A stretch of 64,000 bases of DNA, from positions 5,391 to 69,390 of the forward strand of contig JAKITE010000002.1 of assembly GCA_021648225.1 (NCBI GenBank). Reading direction: 5' to 3'. This DNA is from Paracoccaceae bacterium. GTDB taxonomy: Bacteria; Pseudomonadota; Alphaproteobacteria; Rhodobacterales; Rhodobacteraceae. Below, piece after piece: positions 61,162-64,000 of this stretch; positions within the stretch are counted from its first letter, which is position 1; the number at the start of each line of letters is the position of its first letter. The notes beneath the pieces were generated by a model. It was given only the letters and a program-made list of their open reading frames with translations, was not told where the DNA came from and searched no databases. The position numbers and the translations under genes are program-made.

Positions 61162-63246
61162 ATGGCCGAACAATTAACCCTGAATATCGAAGGCATGGAT
61201 TGCCCGAGCTGCACCAGTAAAATCGAAGGTGCGATCTGTGCCTTGCCGGGGGTTGGCAATGTGTCGCTTAACTATACCAACCAGAAACTGAAACTGGAAA
61301 TTGGCGCAGGCGGCAGCGCCGCCAGCGTTCAAAAGGTGATCGAAAAGCTGGGCTATAAAGTCAGGGTAAATGCCGCACCCGAAGCCCCCAAAAGATGGTA
61401 TCAAACAGGCAAAGGCCGGTTGGTGATTTTGGCAGGGTCTATTCTGGCACTGGCGACGGTGCTGTCATTTTTGCTGCCTGAATATGCGGGTTATGTATTT
61501 GCCACTGGCGCATTGATTGCCCTTGCCCCCTTGGCGCGCAAAGCTTATGCCGCCGCGCGCATGGGCCAGCCTTTTACCATTGAAACGCTGGTAACCATTG
61601 CGGTGATCGGCGCAATCGTCATCGACGAAGCCGCCGAGGCCTCGGTGGTGGTGTTTTTATTCCTGATCGGTGAATTGCTGGAAATGATGGCCGCCGCAAA
61701 AGCCCGCCGATCGGTGCAGGCATTGGCCGATCTGGTGCCGAAATCGGCTTATCTGGTGGTCGGCGATGCCGTGTCCGAGGTCGAGGCCGATACCCTGAAA
61801 ATCGGGGATATTATCGAGGTCCGCCCCGGGGGCCGTGTGCCAGCCGACGGCACCCTGACCATGGGCGAAACCGCCATTGACGAGGCCGCCGTAACCGGCG
61901 AATCCATGCCGCGCCACAAAACCGTTGGTGACGGGGTTTTTGCCGGCTCCATCAACACTGATGGTTTGATCCGCATGGAGGTCACCCAGGCTGCTGAAAA
62001 CAACATGATCGCGCGGATATTGCAAATGGTCGAAGATGCCGAAGCCTCCAAAGCGCCTACCGCAAGGTTCATCGACCGGTTTAGCAAATATTACACCCCC
62101 GGCGTCATTGTTGTCGCTGCCATGATCGCGTTTTTACCGCCACTTTTGGTCGGGGCCGATCTGGGATTATGGGTCTATAAAGGTTTGGCAATTTTGCTGA
62201 TCGGCTGCCCCTGTGCGCTGGTGCTTTCGACCCCCGCGGCAATCACATCGGGTATTTCCACCGGTGCGCGCCAAGGGTTGCTAATGAAAGGCGGCGCAGT
62301 GCTGGAGGCCATCGGCAAGGTCAAAACCGTGGCTTTTGACAAAACCGGCACCCTGTCGGCAGGCACGCCCAAGGTTACCGATCTGGTGGTATTCAGCGGC
62401 GAGGAAAGCAAGATGCTGGCGCTGGCGGCGGCCGTCGAGGCCGGGTCTTCGCACCCGTTGGCCAAAGCGATTACCGAACGCGCGGAGGGGCTGGAAATTC
62501 CGCTCGCAACCGATTCCGAAGCCCTGCGCGGGCGCGGGGTGCGGGCCATGGTTGGCAAGGTTGACGTTATCGTGGCCTCGCCGCGTTATGCTGCGGAAAT
62601 CACCCCGTTGAAACCTGCCGAGATTGACCAGATCACAGCATTGGAAACCGACGGTAAAACCGTGGCAGCGGTGCTGGCGAATGGCAAGATGCTGGGCATC
62701 ATCGCCATGCGGGATGAATTGCGGCCAGACGCGGTGAAATCCATGCAGACCCTGAAAGAAATGGGGGTTACCGCGATTATGCTAACCGGCGACAATGCCC
62801 GCACAGGGGCCGCTTTGGGCGCGCAACTGGGCATGGAGGTCCGCGCGGAACTGATGCCCGAAGACAAGCTGAAGATCATCGAGGAACTGCGCGAAAAAGG
62901 CGGCGTAGCCATGGTTGGCGATGGCATTAATGACGCCCCAGCCCTTGCCCGCGCCGATGTGGGCATTGCTATGGGTGGCGGCACCGATGTGGCGCTGGAA
63001 ACCGCCGATGCGGCGCTGTTGCACGAACAGGTTGGCGATGTGCCTGCCCTGATTGACCTGTCGCGAACCACCATGGACAATATTTACCAGAACATCACCA
63101 TAGCGCTGGGTCTAAAGGCGGTATTTCTGCTGACCACCCTGTTTGGCATCACAACCCTGTGGATGGCCATTCTGGCCGATACCGGTGCTACGGTTCTGGT
63201 AACGCTTAATGCCTTGCGGCTGCTGGGGTATAAACCCAAACGATAA
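61162..63246 (+). CDS. Heavy-metal (Zn/Cd/Pb-type) translocating P1B-type ATPase
   Basis: 694 aa with an N-terminal HMA domain (GMDCPSC), the TM6 CPC motif (IGCPCALV), DKTGTLS, and GDGINDAPAL. Confidence 0.9.
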   Translation: MAEQLTLNIEGMDCPSCTSKIEGAICALPGVGNVSLNYTNQKLKLEIGAGGSAASVQKVIEKLGYKVRVNAAPEAPKRWYQTGKGRLVILAGSILALATVLSFLLPEYAGYVFATGALIALAPLARKAYAAARMGQPFTIETLVTIAVIGAIVIDEAAEASVVVFLFLIGELLEMMAAAKARRSVQALADLVPKSAYLVVGDAVSEVEADTLKIGDIIEVRPGGRVPADGTLTMGETAIDEAAVTGESMPRHKTVGDGVFAGSINTDGLIRMEVTQAAENNMIARILQMVEDAEASKAPTARFIDRFSKYYTPGVIVVAAMIAFLPPLLVGADLGLWVYKGLAILLIGCPCALVLSTPAAITSGISTGARQGLLMKGGAVLEAIGKVKTVAFDKTGTLSAGTPKVTDLVVFSGEESKMLALAAAVEAGSSHPLAKAITERAEGLEIPLATDSEALRGRGVRAMVGKVDVIVASPRYAAEITPLKPAEIDQITALETDGKTVAAVLANGKMLGIIAMRDELRPDAVKSMQTLKEMGVTAIMLTGDNARTGAALGAQLGMEVRAELMPEDKLKIIEELREKGGVAMVGDGINDAPALARADVGIAMGGGTDVALETADAALLHEQVGDVPALIDLSRTTMDNIYQNITIALGLKAVFLLTTLFGITTLWMAILADTGATVLVTLNALRLLGYKPKR

Positions 63247-63332
63247 ACAAACCGGGCAAGGGGCGCAGGCTCCTTGCAAAGCGTTTTGTCATTGCCTATC
63301 TAAATGCCTCAACCTAACCAATCGAGGTCCTT

Positions 63333-63680
63333 ATGAAAATCAAAGCATCGCTTTTGCTTGTTCTGCTTGCCGCCGCTTCTGGCGTTCACGCTCAAACCCT
63401 TGGCACCTATTTGCGTGACGGAACCGAGCCTGTGCGTGTTTTTATAGAAAATAACCAGCTTTTTTGCACACGCATTTCCGATGGTTTTGAAATATGTAAT
63501 GGCATGGAATCACAAGGAAACAATACCTGGCAAGGAGACAAGCTGAAAAACCCCGATGGTCCGCGCTGGATCAGCGCCAAAGGTACCATTATCATTTCGG
63601 ATTCAGAAATGGCGCTTGAAGGCTGTATGGTGGGCGGAACCATATGCAAATCCATGACATGGCCAGCGCAAACCGAATAA
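63333..63680 (+). CDS. Small secreted protein, DUF2147-like
   Basis: 115 aa with a signal peptide (MKIKASLLLVLLAAASGVHA/Q) and a C-terminal WQGDKLKNPDG...LEGCMVGGTICKSMTW region resembling the DUF2147 pattern. Confidence 0.5.
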   Translation: MKIKASLLLVLLAAASGVHAQTLGTYLRDGTEPVRVFIENNQLFCTRISDGFEICNGMESQGNNTWQGDKLKNPDGPRWISAKGTIIISDSEMALEGCMVGGTICKSMTWPAQTE

Positions 63681-63687
63681 GGGTAAA

Positions 63688-63763
<76 letters not shown>

Positions 63764-63862
63764 GCCATGGCCGTGTAACTAATTGGCAAACGCCGCCACT
63801 GCAAGCCCTGTTTTCGGGAATTTTGCATATTTATGCGGTTTATTAAAAAACCGGCCATGCAA

Positions 63863-63907
63863 TAAAAAACGGCGCCTTTGCATTAGCAAAAGCGCCGCTT
63901 GTTTTTT
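63863..63907. terminator. Bidirectional Rho-independent terminator
   Basis: AAAAAAC-GGCGCCTTTGC-atta-GCAAAAGCGCC-GCTTGTTTTTT has an A-run on one side and a T-run on the other. It lies just downstream of the minus-strand partial CDS. Confidence 0.75.
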
Positions 63908-63918
63908 ATAAAACCGGA

Positions 63919-64000
63919 TTAATGCGCGGTGGCTGCGCCGCCCTCAACGGGTTTGATTGCCGCTGCGGCAGCGGCTGCCTCGGCGACCTCGTCCCATTCA
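63919..64000 (-). CDS. 3' end of an unidentified minus-strand gene (cut by window edge)
   Basis: The frame is open to the window edge and ends ...EWDEVAEAAAAAAAIKPVEGGAATAH*. The terminator above follows it. There is too little sequence to name it. Confidence 0.4.
   Translation of the reverse strand, partial: EWDEVAEAAAAAAAIKPVEGGAATAH

Overview
This 64-kb window is compact alphaproteobacterial chromosome. The gene order looks Rhodobacterales-like, but I cannot place it more precisely. Nearly all of it is coding, many genes are translationally coupled through ATGA/TGATG overlaps, and two convergent gene pairs overlap at their stop codons.

The backbone runs as follows:
- A 5'-truncated multicopper oxidase coupled to a cytochrome c, then fpr, a DEAD-box helicase with a repetitive basic tail, and ppk2.
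- A long minus-strand block, nuoA-N followed by birA-coaX-rnj. The nuo operon is interrupted by four non-canonical ORFs.
- ilvC with two divergent Lrp/AsnC regulators, then gatCA.
- ushA-like, pyrD, arsC, a MATE/thioesterase operon and a putative metal exporter.
- A MerR-headed fatty-acid beta-oxidation operon that ends in a decayed fadD relic.
- betI-betA, two identical tRNA-Asp genes bracketing an outer-membrane barrel gene, a CPC-type heavy-metal P-type ATPase, and tRNA-Val.

I found no rRNA, CRISPR array, transposase or integrase.

The most interesting accessory content:
1. A four-gene bufferin-type RiPP cluster (DUF2282 precursor, DUF692/MNIO, DUF2063, DoxX) at 26.1-28.7 kb.
2. An envelope-stress cluster (TerC, micro-ORF, XpaC-like, TelA, SPFH-GYF, zinc-ribbon protein) at 34-40 kb. 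A visibly AT-rich insertion of about 0.9 kb splits it. The insertion is flanked by 27-bp direct repeats that duplicate the RBS and start codon of the downstream SPFH gene, and it carries two unknown ORFs.
3. Unknown secreted and membrane proteins inside the nuo operon. One has five Cys-pair modules. Another is a membrane-anchored duplicate of the NuoE C-terminal helix-hairpin-helix module.

All functional calls rest on motifs read by eye from the translations. No database search was run.
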